Shown: piece by piece, positions 9,219 to 17,128 of the stretch
Numbering within the stretch: position 1 is the first letter of the stretch
Layout: each line of letters starts with the position of its first letter
Source: Spirochaetia bacterium
Lineage (GTDB): Bacteria; Spirochaetota; Spirochaetia; UBA9216
Assembly (NCBI GenBank): GCA_963675665.1
Contig: OY776510.1
Span: forward strand, 4,288,001 to 4,352,000
DNA: 64,000 nt
Direction of reading: 5' to 3'
The notes under the pieces: generated by a model
The model's input: only the letters and a program-made list of their open reading frames with translations
Told to the model about the DNA's origin: nothing
Database searches by the model: none
Translations under genes and position numbers: made by a program

Positions 9219-10179
9219 CAGGCAGTTTCCCTCCAACGGAAACCGGATCAAGTTCAAGAAGCATACTGAGGAAGTCCTCAACATCTGCTCTTGAATCAGC
9301 TGCAGAGATGAACTGAATACCGCTTACCGGTATTGCAGGTTTTGCTGCGACAGCAGTCATGATTCCGATTTCTTCAATTGCGGCCGATGCCTCATCAGGA
9401 TTCGAGACTACCCAGTTAATGGAAGCTTCAAGCGCAGATACAATTTCTGCAGCAGCTTCAGGCCTGGCCTCTATCAGTCTTTCACTCAGCACAAACACAG
9501 TAAAGGGAAATGGTTTCTGCGTTCCGCGAATTTTCATCAGTTCCTGCTGAGGGTCAAGTACTATACCTGCTTTTGTATTCGTTTCAGCCATCAGGGCAAA
9601 CGGCTGCGGAATAAAAGCTGTATCCGCCTTGCCGGCGGCAAGCAGCTGAACAATCTGGGGCGGAGTAGACGTGAAATTCAGCGTCACATCTTTTTCAGGA
9701 TCCAGACCGTTTTCGATAAGCAGGTATCTAAGCAGGTAATCAGGAGTAGCTCCCTTTCCGGTAAGATATATTGTCTTGCCCTTCAGTTCAGGCCAGTCGG
9801 TTACCGAAGAATCTGAAGACAGCATATACAGGGACCCGACCCCGCTGACTGCCGCCAGTTTGTACCCTATCCCTTTTGTATAAAGCTTTGCCGCGGTGTT
9901 TACAGGTAAGAATGCGGCATCAATCTCACCGCTGGTCATTTTGGTAACGGCATCAAGCGGCGAACCCAGCAGAATGTATTCAGCGTTTACATTATAACCC
10001 GGCTGAAATTTGTCTTTCATCATTTCAGCTGCGGCAAAACCGGAAGGGCCTTTCAGCGCTGCGATTGTAATATTCACCTCAGCCGGCGCTGCTGCTTCCT
10101 GTGAACCTCCGGCAATCATGCCGAAACATGCAATGGTAAAAAGAACTGTTGTCAGTAAAATAATTTTACCTCTTTTCAT
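9193..10179 (-). CDS. NitT/TauT-family ABC substrate-binding protein
   Basis: Signal peptide ending IAGGSQE; LKGPSG, PVNTAAKLY, GKGATPD, PQPF motifs. Confidence 0.85.
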   Translation of the reverse strand: MKRGKIILLTTVLFTIACFGMIAGGSQEAAAPAEVNITIAALKGPSGFAAAEMMKDKFQPGYNVNAEYILLGSPLDAVTKMTSGEIDAAFLPVNTAAKLYTKGIGYKLAAVSGVGSLYMLSSDSSVTDWPELKGKTIYLTGKGATPDYLLRYLLIENGLDPEKDVTLNFTSTPPQIVQLLAAGKADTAFIPQPFALMAETNTKAGIVLDPQQELMKIRGTQKPFPFTVFVLSERLIEARPEAAAEIVSALEASINWVVSNPDEASAAIEEIGIMTAVAAKPAIPVSGIQFISAADSRADVEDFLSMLLELDPVSVGGKLPDEGFYFEN

Positions 10180-10216
10180 TGTTTTTCCCCTTTGAATTTA
10201 ATTTGGATTTTAGGCA

Positions 10217-10477
10217 TTAACTCTTTGAAATGCCGGTTTTGATACTGACCCCCGGAATTCGTCCGATCTTTCCGCTGAGCGCTCCTATTTCATCAGTGGT
10301 AGCGTGCAGGATCAGCGTTATTATTGATAAACTGCCGCCTTCAAGATTGGGAATCCCCATTCTGCCTGAGATAATTGATGAGTATTCTGTAAGGATTTGC
10401 TGGACAGCAGAAGCATTCTTTTCCCGGTCTTCAATTATTATACCGGCAAATGCAAATCTGCGTATCTGTTCGCTCAT
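10217..10477 (-). CDS. TM1266-family small protein (putative iron-only hydrogenase system regulator, ACT/NikR-C-like)
   Basis: GIIIEDR, ISGRMGIP, IGALSGKIGRIPGVSIK pattern; 86 aa. Confidence 0.85.
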   Translation of the reverse strand: MSEQIRRFAFAGIIIEDREKNASAVQQILTEYSSIISGRMGIPNLEGGSLSIITLILHATTDEIGALSGKIGRIPGVSIKTGISKS

Positions 10478-10593
10478 GTATCCTCCCCGAATGATTAATT
10501 ACGAGGAAGGTTTGTCTTCCGTGTCACCTCGGGTCAGTAAAAACCTTCCTTCAGAGCTGATTAAGATTACATGTCCATGACCTTAATTGTCAA
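10478..10593 (-). promoter_or_regulatory. Promoter plus structured 5' leader (candidate translational switch)
   Basis: TTGACA-N18-TAATCT; perfect 10-bp stem AGGAAGGTTT/AAACCTTCCT whose 3' arm can instead pair with the SD CGGGGAGG. Confidence 0.55.
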
Positions 10594-10605
10594 TCTGTAT
10601 TTTTA

Positions 10606-11343
10606 TCAATTAGATAATTTTTTAATGAATTCATTCATTTTTGAATCGAGTGAACTGTAAATAAAATGAAGGAGATCATTCTTGCAGCTCCCGGGCATTG
10701 GTTCGCTGAATTTCAGGATATGAATGACACTTCCGAAATTCCGCTCAAGAATCTTTTGTGCATCAATTTCAACCGACTTTCCGTTAAGACTTAAAACAAC
10801 TCTGATTTTTTGATCGACAGAAATTTCATCAGCCTGCGAGGTACTGCACGAAAGACCGGAAACACTGATATCGTGCACAACACTCGGATACTCCCCTGCA
10901 TCTGTTACAATCTTCATTGATGCAATATTGTCATCAGAGCCTCCGTAGCGAACAAAATCTCTGCGCCCTTTCCCGCCAAGTTCAACCAGCATCCGGTTTA
11001 ATTCAGCTTTAAAATCGTTTTTGTCTCCCTGGTAATGAATTGAACGTGTACATAATCCACAAAGCGGCTTTGCATTATCATATAGAGCGACTGTTTCGGG
11101 CAGAACTTCTGCAGAAACTCCGTTGAACGCTTCATTTATTTCTTCGGGCAGCCAGTCCAGATCGTTGTTGATAAGATTAATAATTATAATACTGCCCGGA
11201 TAGTACTCGACAAGAGGCTTTATCTTCTCATAATCATAGATATAATATACTTCAAACTGATTGCGAAGCGGACCGTAAAAAATTTCCCTTAATTCTTCAT
11301 CCGGATAAAGGACAAATATTTTTTTTCCTGTTATATCCCGCAT
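10606..11343 (-). CDS. PilZ domain protein
   Basis: C-terminal RRDFVR (RxxxR) and DISVSG (DxSxxG). Confidence 0.8.
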   Translation of the reverse strand: MRDITGKKIFVLYPDEELREIFYGPLRNQFEVYYIYDYEKIKPLVEYYPGSIIIINLINNDLDWLPEEINEAFNGVSAEVLPETVALYDNAKPLCGLCTRSIHYQGDKNDFKAELNRMLVELGGKGRRDFVRYGGSDDNIASMKIVTDAGEYPSVVHDISVSGLSCSTSQADEISVDQKIRVVLSLNGKSVEIDAQKILERNFGSVIHILKFSEPMPGSCKNDLLHFIYSSLDSKMNEFIKKLSN

Positions 11344-11423
11344 AATGAAAGACTAATCTTAATATCATACAAAGGCAAGTAATTTTTTACTTGAATTATT
11401 TTGATAAAAAAGTTAAATTCCAA

Positions 11424-11536
11424 AGGTAAAGGGGAGTAGCTGACAGATAATCATTCGTATTTTCTGTTTTAATTATTCGTCAGGACGGCTTATGCCCGGG
11501 TAATTATATTCCTTAGGAAATGCAAGACCTTTACCT
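11424..11536 (+). ncRNA. yybP-ykoY (Mn2+) riboswitch
   Basis: AAAGGGGAGTAGC ... CGTCAGGACGG ... GCAAGACCTTT core; P1 AGGTAAAGG/CCTTTACCT; upstream of a cation antiporter; candidate promoter TTGAAT-N17-TAAATT at 11391-11419. Confidence 0.9.
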
Positions 11537-11580
11537 GAGTTTTAACCATATGTGATAAAATTCAGGTAAAGGTCTTTTTT
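11524..11580 (+). terminator. Riboswitch-controlled intrinsic terminator
   Basis: AAGACCTTTACCTGAGTTTT...AAAATTCAGGTAAAGGTCTT plus T-tract; mutually exclusive with riboswitch P1. Confidence 0.85.
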
Positions 11581-11616
11581 ATTGTCAGAAATATCTACAA
11601 GGCTTCAGGAGAAGGT

Positions 11617-12612
11617 ATGGAAGAATTTATTGTTTCACTGGTTGAAGGACTACCGATAGTCCTGCTTTTTGTTATAATCTTCGGGGTACTCTATGTTCTT
11701 GGAAAGGGAGCTGATTTGCTTGTTGATGAAGCAGTAACGCTTTCTGTAAAATGGGGAATCCCGAAAGTTCTTATAGGGGCAACGGTAGTCAGCCTCGGCA
11801 CCACCCTTCCCGAAGCCTCAGTCTCGGTAATGGCTGCAATAAAGGGAAATCCCGACCTTGCACTTGGTAATGCAGTGGGTTCAATTATCTGCGATACCGG
11901 CCTGATAATCGGGATTGCCGCAATAATCTCTCCGCTTGTTCTGAATAAAAAACTTGTAAACAGGCAGGGATGGCTTCAGTTCGGATCGGGAATCCTTCTC
12001 ATAGCCGTATCTTTGCTGGCCGGCGCATCTGTTCCCCAGGTTGCCGGTTTTATATTCCTTGCGCTGCTGGTCCTTTACATGATAATTACCGTCCGCTGGT
12101 CACGGGGCTCTGACAAGCCGCAATCTGAAGGGCTTGAGCATCAGGATGAAAGCCCTATTTACCTTGTTCTTTTAAAACTGGCTATAGGTGTGGCATTGAT
12201 AATTGTTTCTTCCAAAGTTCTTATTCCTACGGTCGGGGTTACGGCAATGAAAATAGGTATTCCCGAAAGTATCATTGCTGCGACCCTTGTCGCTTTCGGT
12301 ACATCGCTTCCTGAACTTGTAACAGCCGTATCGGCGGCAAGACACGGTCACGGCGACCTGGCAATTGGGAATATAATCGGCGCCGACATACTGAATGTAC
12401 TTTTTGTTGTGGGGGCCTCTGCCGCTGTTACACCGCAGGGTCTGCCCATTCCTGATTATTTCTTCTCGCTTCAGTTTCCTGTAATGATGGGAATTCTTTT
12501 AACTTTCAGATTAATCACACTTTTTGCCAAAGTTGAAATCAAACGATGGCACGGAATCATGCTGCTTTTAATGTATACAGGATATACAGTTATAAGCTAT
12601 GTTATTGTATAA
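11617..12612 (+). CDS. Cation:proton/sodium antiporter, CaCA (YrbG-like) family; probable Mn2+/Ca2+ exporter
   Basis: Alpha repeats GTTLPE..GNAVGS and GTSLPE..GNIIGA; Mn riboswitch upstream. Confidence 0.9.
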   Translation: MEEFIVSLVEGLPIVLLFVIIFGVLYVLGKGADLLVDEAVTLSVKWGIPKVLIGATVVSLGTTLPEASVSVMAAIKGNPDLALGNAVGSIICDTGLIIGIAAIISPLVLNKKLVNRQGWLQFGSGILLIAVSLLAGASVPQVAGFIFLALLVLYMIITVRWSRGSDKPQSEGLEHQDESPIYLVLLKLAIGVALIIVSSKVLIPTVGVTAMKIGIPESIIAATLVAFGTSLPELVTAVSAARHGHGDLAIGNIIGADILNVLFVVGASAAVTPQGLPIPDYFFSLQFPVMMGILLTFRLITLFAKVEIKRWHGIMLLLMYTGYTVISYVIV

Positions 12613-12655
12613 AACAAAAAACCGGCCCAATATATTTCAGGCCGGTTTGATTTTT
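12611..12655. terminator. Probable bidirectional terminator
   Basis: AAACCGGCC-N12-GGCCGGTTT flanked by A- and T-rich tracts between convergent genes. Confidence 0.7.
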
Positions 12656-12675
12656 AATCAGAGAATTCTGATTTT

Positions 12676-13968
12676 TTAAAGAAAAATCTTTAAAAGAAAT
12701 AAAATCCCTACAATATAAGACAGTATCGAAATTTCCTTGTACTTACCTGTAAAAAGTTTCAGTAGAATCCATGACAACATTCCGAACATGATGCCGTCGG
12801 CAATGCTGTAGGCAAGCGGCATAATAATTATTGTAAGAAATGCCGGAATTGCTTCAGTAAAATCGCTGAAGTCAATATCCTTTACAGGACTCATCATGAA
12901 GAGCCCGACCAGGATTAAAGCCGGAGCAGTCGCGGCTCCGGGAACCATCAGAAACAATGGAGAAAGGAAGAGCGCTACAACAAAAAGAACTGCCGTTACA
13001 ACCGAGGTAAGCCCTGTCCGCCCGCCTTCGGAAACGCCCGATGCACTTTCGACATATGTAGTTACTGTGCTTGTTCCCATTACGGCACCAAAGACCGTTC
13101 CGATAGCATCTGCAAACAACGCCTGCTTTACACGCGGAATTTTACCGTCTTTATCAAGAAGTCCGGCTTTTGTTGAAACACCTATAAGCGTTCCGACGGT
13201 GTCGAACATATCAACAAACAGGAATGTAAAAAGAACAACCAGCATATCGACACTGAAAAGCTGAGAGAAATCAAACTGCCAGAATACGCCCTTTGGAGAC
13301 GGAGGAAGCCAGCTTCCCGACGGCAGCTGTGTTATTCCCATGGGAATACCGATAATTGTAGTAATAACTATACCGATTAGAAGTGCGCCCCTGATCTTTA
13401 ATGCAAGAAGCACTCCCATTATGAAAAGACCTATAATGGCAAGCAGGCCGGGTCCACTTGTCAGAGAGCCTATGCCGACAAGTGTTGCATCATTGTTAAC
13501 AATAAGGCCTGCGCCCTGAAGTCCGATAAAGGCGATAAACAAACCGATTCCGACCGATACAGCCTTTTTAACATTAGCCGGAATACTGTTTATTATCGCT
13601 TCGCGGATATTCAGGAAGGTAAGAATGATAAAAATTATACCCTCGATAAAAACAGCTGTAAGTGCCATCTGCCATGAATAGCCCATTCCAAGCACTACGC
13701 CGAATGCAAAAAATGCGTTCAGCCCCATTCCCGGGGCAAGCGCAAACGGTAACTTGGCCCATAAGCCCATTACAAGCGTTGCCACAGCCGAAGCAACAGC
13801 GGTTGCGGTAAAAACCCCGCCTGCATCCATTCCTGCCGCAGCAAGAATTCCCGGGTTGACAATGAGAATATACGCCATTGTCATGAATGTTGTCAGCCCT
13901 GCAACAACCTCTGTCCTTATTGTTGTTCCATGAGCTCCGAGCTGAAAGAAATCGTTTTTATTTGACAC
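12676..13968 (-). CDS. NCS2/AzgA-family purine (guanine/hypoxanthine) permease, PbuG-like
   Basis: TTFMTMAYILIVNP, APGMGLNAFF, DMFDTVGT, YVESASGVSEGGRTG; GTG start. Confidence 0.95.
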   Translation of the reverse strand: MSNKNDFFQLGAHGTTIRTEVVAGLTTFMTMAYILIVNPGILAAAGMDAGGVFTATAVASAVATLVMGLWAKLPFALAPGMGLNAFFAFGVVLGMGYSWQMALTAVFIEGIIFIILTFLNIREAIINSIPANVKKAVSVGIGLFIAFIGLQGAGLIVNNDATLVGIGSLTSGPGLLAIIGLFIMGVLLALKIRGALLIGIVITTIIGIPMGITQLPSGSWLPPSPKGVFWQFDFSQLFSVDMLVVLFTFLFVDMFDTVGTLIGVSTKAGLLDKDGKIPRVKQALFADAIGTVFGAVMGTSTVTTYVESASGVSEGGRTGLTSVVTAVLFVVALFLSPLFLMVPGAATAPALILVGLFMMSPVKDIDFSDFTEAIPAFLTIIIMPLAYSIADGIMFGMLSWILLKLFTGKYKEISILSYIVGILFLLKIFL

Positions 13969-14049
13969 GATTTGCTCCTTTAAAAGATTTTTTTATCTGC
14001 TGCGCCGACCCGAAAGCAAACGGAACACGCAGCAAAGGAGCATACGGTT

Positions 14050-14124
14050 CCGATTCGAAGTCAGGTAATTTACGGTTACCCGGTAGAGACTTGTCGGCCA
14101 TATTCCGACGATTATACGAACCGG
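14050..14124 (-). ncRNA. Purine (guanine-type, C74) riboswitch aptamer
   Basis: TCGTATAAT-CGTCGG-AATATGG-CCGAC-AAGTCTCTAC-CGGGTAA-CCGTAAA-TTACCTG-AC; upstream of a purine permease. Confidence 0.93.
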
Positions 14125-14203
14125 CTGCTGATTATTGAACATTTGATATTAAGATGCCGATGACCGGATGTCAAGGAATTCGTGATTTTTCATCATTTTA
14201 TGC

Positions 14204-15067
14204 TCATCCGTAAAAATCAAGAACCTCCATAGCCCGTTCAGTTATAAACAAATCGCCGTATTTCCTGTTTCCGAACGGCACCGCCAGCCGGCCCATGCTG
14301 CGCTCCATTCTCCAGCCGCCCTCAACCTGTTTATTTTTAAGCAATTTAACAGCCTTGTTGAGCCTCCTGTCCCTTACCCCTTCCCTTTTAAGCAGCCAGA
14401 GAATTTCAAGGAGGTCGCTATTGTACATATGCGGAAACCCCAGCTTGCATATTGAAGGATGCAGAAACTTTGATTTATCATGTGAACTGAAACACACTTC
14501 GTGCAGCAGGACATAATCTATGCATTTGGATAAAAGACTTTTTGCATTGGCAGTGCGGCTTTCTGCGGATAAAAACGACAACCCCTTCAGGATCTTGATT
14601 ACACCCCAGTAACATGTATGAGGGCCATAACAGCTGCGATTTCCGTAGTATGGGGGGTCGGCCGGTGTCTTATAATCCCCGTCGTCAAATCTCTGATATT
14701 CATTAAAAAAACTAACAATCCCGTTTACGGCTATATCATTTTCGAATCCGAAATATGAATGCAGATAGAGCATGTTTCCGTTCAGGCAGGGGATCGGGAA
14801 ATGACTCCTGCCGATCGTGTAAATACCGTTTTCATTATCGTAAAAACTTCGGGCAATCAAGTTAAACGGTTTTTCAGGGTTATATGTCCGGCATTTTAAA
14901 TCAGCCAGTAGAATCAGGGTCCACAGCGTGGATTTATACTTAGGGCAGTAATGTTGATAATCAGGATAATACTTGTCTCCCGGCTTCAGAACATTCCAGC
15001 ATCCGTTTTCATCCTGTTTACCATATATTTCCCGTATAAGAATATTTCTTTTTTCCTCAAGGTTCAT
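14204..15067 (-). CDS. Hypothetical protein, prenyltransferase/squalene-oxidase-repeat-like (alpha/alpha toroid)
   Basis: QDENGCW, PKYKSTLWTL, PCLNGNML, QRFDDG, QVEGGW repeats; coupled to the GyrI-like gene. Confidence 0.6.
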   Translation of the reverse strand: MNLEEKRNILIREIYGKQDENGCWNVLKPGDKYYPDYQHYCPKYKSTLWTLILLADLKCRTYNPEKPFNLIARSFYDNENGIYTIGRSHFPIPCLNGNMLYLHSYFGFENDIAVNGIVSFFNEYQRFDDGDYKTPADPPYYGNRSCYGPHTCYWGVIKILKGLSFLSAESRTANAKSLLSKCIDYVLLHEVCFSSHDKSKFLHPSICKLGFPHMYNSDLLEILWLLKREGVRDRRLNKAVKLLKNKQVEGGWRMERSMGRLAVPFGNRKYGDLFITERAMEVLDFYG

Positions 15068-15075
15068 AATTTTTT

Positions 15076-15699
15076 CTATTCCACACTGAATCTCAAAACT
15101 GTTTTTAGATTTTGAGGGTCAGTTTTTCTTGCGTCGGAAAGGTAAATTTCCCTATGGTTCTTCGATAACCTCTTTAGTCCGTTCTCTTCCGAAAAAGATT
15201 CCATCAATTTAAAACTTTCCGGTTCATCATCGTATGGGCCTCTATGAAGCATTTGTACACATTTGCCCTCATCAATTGCCGAAAACCTGACATCTTCAAG
15301 CAGCCTGTGCGGTTTATTTTTTTTTGTTCTTGTTATAATTTCACCCGCGAACTCGTCACTGACAAAATCAGGCTGCCTGATCATCAGGGAAAAAGCGAGC
15401 TGATTCTTGTCAAGAATACCGTTGAAGGCGGCCTGTCCTTCAGCGGTCAGGCTCCATACTCCTTCGAGAGGATAAACAGTATAGTCATAATATCCGTCAG
15501 GAGCCAGGTTCTTTTTGGGACTCATCTTTACAGCATATGAGAGGGAATATAATATTCCGATATACTCGCTGAAGAAATCATCATTAGGGTTACCGCTGCC
15601 GTCGATCACAAAAAAACTCATTTTCGGTATTTCAATATACTCCGGTTTTGTCTTCGGCAGGTAATACTGTTTTTCATTTTTTTTCCATTCATGCTTCAT
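15076..15699 (-). CDS. GyrI-like small-molecule-binding protein
   Basis: MKHEWKK, DGSGNPN, VYPLEGVW, MIRQPDFV, HRGPYDDE, HREIYLSD; AAGGAG SD. Confidence 0.9.
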   Translation of the reverse strand: MKHEWKKNEKQYYLPKTKPEYIEIPKMSFFVIDGSGNPNDDFFSEYIGILYSLSYAVKMSPKKNLAPDGYYDYTVYPLEGVWSLTAEGQAAFNGILDKNQLAFSLMIRQPDFVSDEFAGEIITRTKKNKPHRLLEDVRFSAIDEGKCVQMLHRGPYDDEPESFKLMESFSEENGLKRLSKNHREIYLSDARKTDPQNLKTVLRFSVE

Positions 15700-15730
15700 G
15701 CTGTCGCTCCTTGTATGAGCACTATATAAC

Positions 15731-15754
15731 ATTATACACGACAACAGTATGTCA
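15731..15754 (-). promoter_or_regulatory. -10 box with adjacent TGACA-N6-TGTC(G) inverted repeat
   Basis: Minus strand TGACAtactgtTGTCG-tg-TATAAT with no good -35. Confidence 0.5.
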
Positions 15755-15855
15755 TAAATTACGTTTGAAATACCAAAACCGGACGGGAATATCTGTAAAT
15801 AATATGATAGAATGGAAATTAATCAAGTTTGGAGTTTTCTATTGTAGTGAAATAA

Positions 15856-16827
15856 ATGAAAAAATCGATTATTCATAATTATAAAGTTTATATAATGATC
15901 TTATTGCTTCCCCTGTTATTTGCATGTAGCCAAAATAACACTGAAGATGAAAAAGACGATATTAAGTGTGATTTTACTTTTATTATAATTTCAGATTTGC
16001 AGACAAGGATCCCCGGTTTTCCGGATGATCCCTGGTATGACAGCAGAGGAAATATTAAAAATATTGAAAAAACCATAAAACTGATTAATAAAAGTGAAAA
16101 GGATTCGTCATTTCTTGTAGTCACCGGAGATCTTGTAGGTTGCCTGTTCAGCGAAAACCCGGATGATTACGGCATAGGGATTCTGAATCCCGCTGAAAAG
16201 ATGCTGTCGCTTATGGGAGAATTGCAGCTGCCCTGGTACCCTGTTCTTGGAAACCATGATTATCAAAAGGGATTCGACACAGTCAGGGGCGAAGGAATAA
16301 CAACAGATAATCAGGAGGCAATTGAAGCCGTATGGAATAAACTGCTGAACATTCCTCCATACTATTCGGAAATATACAAAGGAGTTAATCTGATTTTTTT
16401 AAACAGCTGCCGGGGAGACGCTAATATTCTGAGTTGCGTCAGCAAAGAAGTTGAAAGGATCTGTACAGGCTCTTTTGACAGTGAGCAGCTTGAATGGCTT
16501 GCAAGCGAACTTGAAAAAGAAGAACCGGCAATACTTTTCTGTCACCATCCGCCCGAAACCGATGATCCGCTTGTAATGTGGAGTTTTTCATCTATGTTTA
16601 CGATTCAGGATGGGGATAATTTTTATGATATCACTTACCAATATAGAAATAAAATCATGGGAATTTTCGCCGGTCATGGACACCTTTTTCAGAAAGATAT
16701 GCTTCATGAAATAATTCCGGTATGTGAAACCGGGTCTTTGGGCGATAAATTAGCGGAACCGGAAAGATACACAAAAGTTTATGTTGATCTTGTGTCCGGG
16801 TCTCTGCAATTTGTATGGATTGAGTAA
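15856..16827 (+). CDS. Calcineurin-like metallophosphoesterase lipoprotein
   Basis: Lipobox LFAC; SDLQ, TGDLV, GNHD, HHP, GHGH. Confidence 0.85.
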   Translation: MKKSIIHNYKVYIMILLLPLLFACSQNNTEDEKDDIKCDFTFIIISDLQTRIPGFPDDPWYDSRGNIKNIEKTIKLINKSEKDSSFLVVTGDLVGCLFSENPDDYGIGILNPAEKMLSLMGELQLPWYPVLGNHDYQKGFDTVRGEGITTDNQEAIEAVWNKLLNIPPYYSEIYKGVNLIFLNSCRGDANILSCVSKEVERICTGSFDSEQLEWLASELEKEEPAILFCHHPPETDDPLVMWSFSSMFTIQDGDNFYDITYQYRNKIMGIFAGHGHLFQKDMLHEIIPVCETGSLGDKLAEPERYTKVYVDLVSGSLQFVWIE

Positions 16828-16885
16828 ATTGTTATTTAACATTCTGCCGTACTGAAAAAATCACATAAAATTTTCATTCCCGGGT

Positions 16886-17128
16886 CTAATAATCAATGCC
16901 GGCAGCCTGTACATTATCGGGATCAAAAGCGTGACAGGGAACAACTCCGTAAACCATATTGCAATGCGGACATTTATCTTCGAACGTTGACATTTCAAAT
17001 TCTTTTCCGCATTCGATACATTTGATTTCAAAGGGAACCGGCATCATTTGCTCTGCGAAGCCCATCATCCTTACTTTATCTACCGTTTGTGTTCCGTTTT
17101 CAAAAACTCCGCTGCATCCTTCATGCAT
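16886..17128 (-). CDS. Small Cys/His-rich zinc-ribbon protein
   Basis: MHEGCSG..CIECG..CPHC..PCHA; start overlaps the ATPase stop. Confidence 0.75.
   Translation of the reverse strand: MHEGCSGVFENGTQTVDKVRMMGFAEQMMPVPFEIKCIECGKEFEMSTFEDKCPHCNMVYGVVPCHAFDPDNVQAAGIDY

Noticed and set aside
10490-10560. Assignment of the leader to SAM-III or NAD+-II riboswitch classes
   Set aside because: Only short fragments (CCCGA, ACACGG) resemble them and the full consensus is absent; kept as an unassigned candidate.
13887-14138. 83-aa plus-strand ORF
   Set aside because: It is antisense to the purine riboswitch and permease start.
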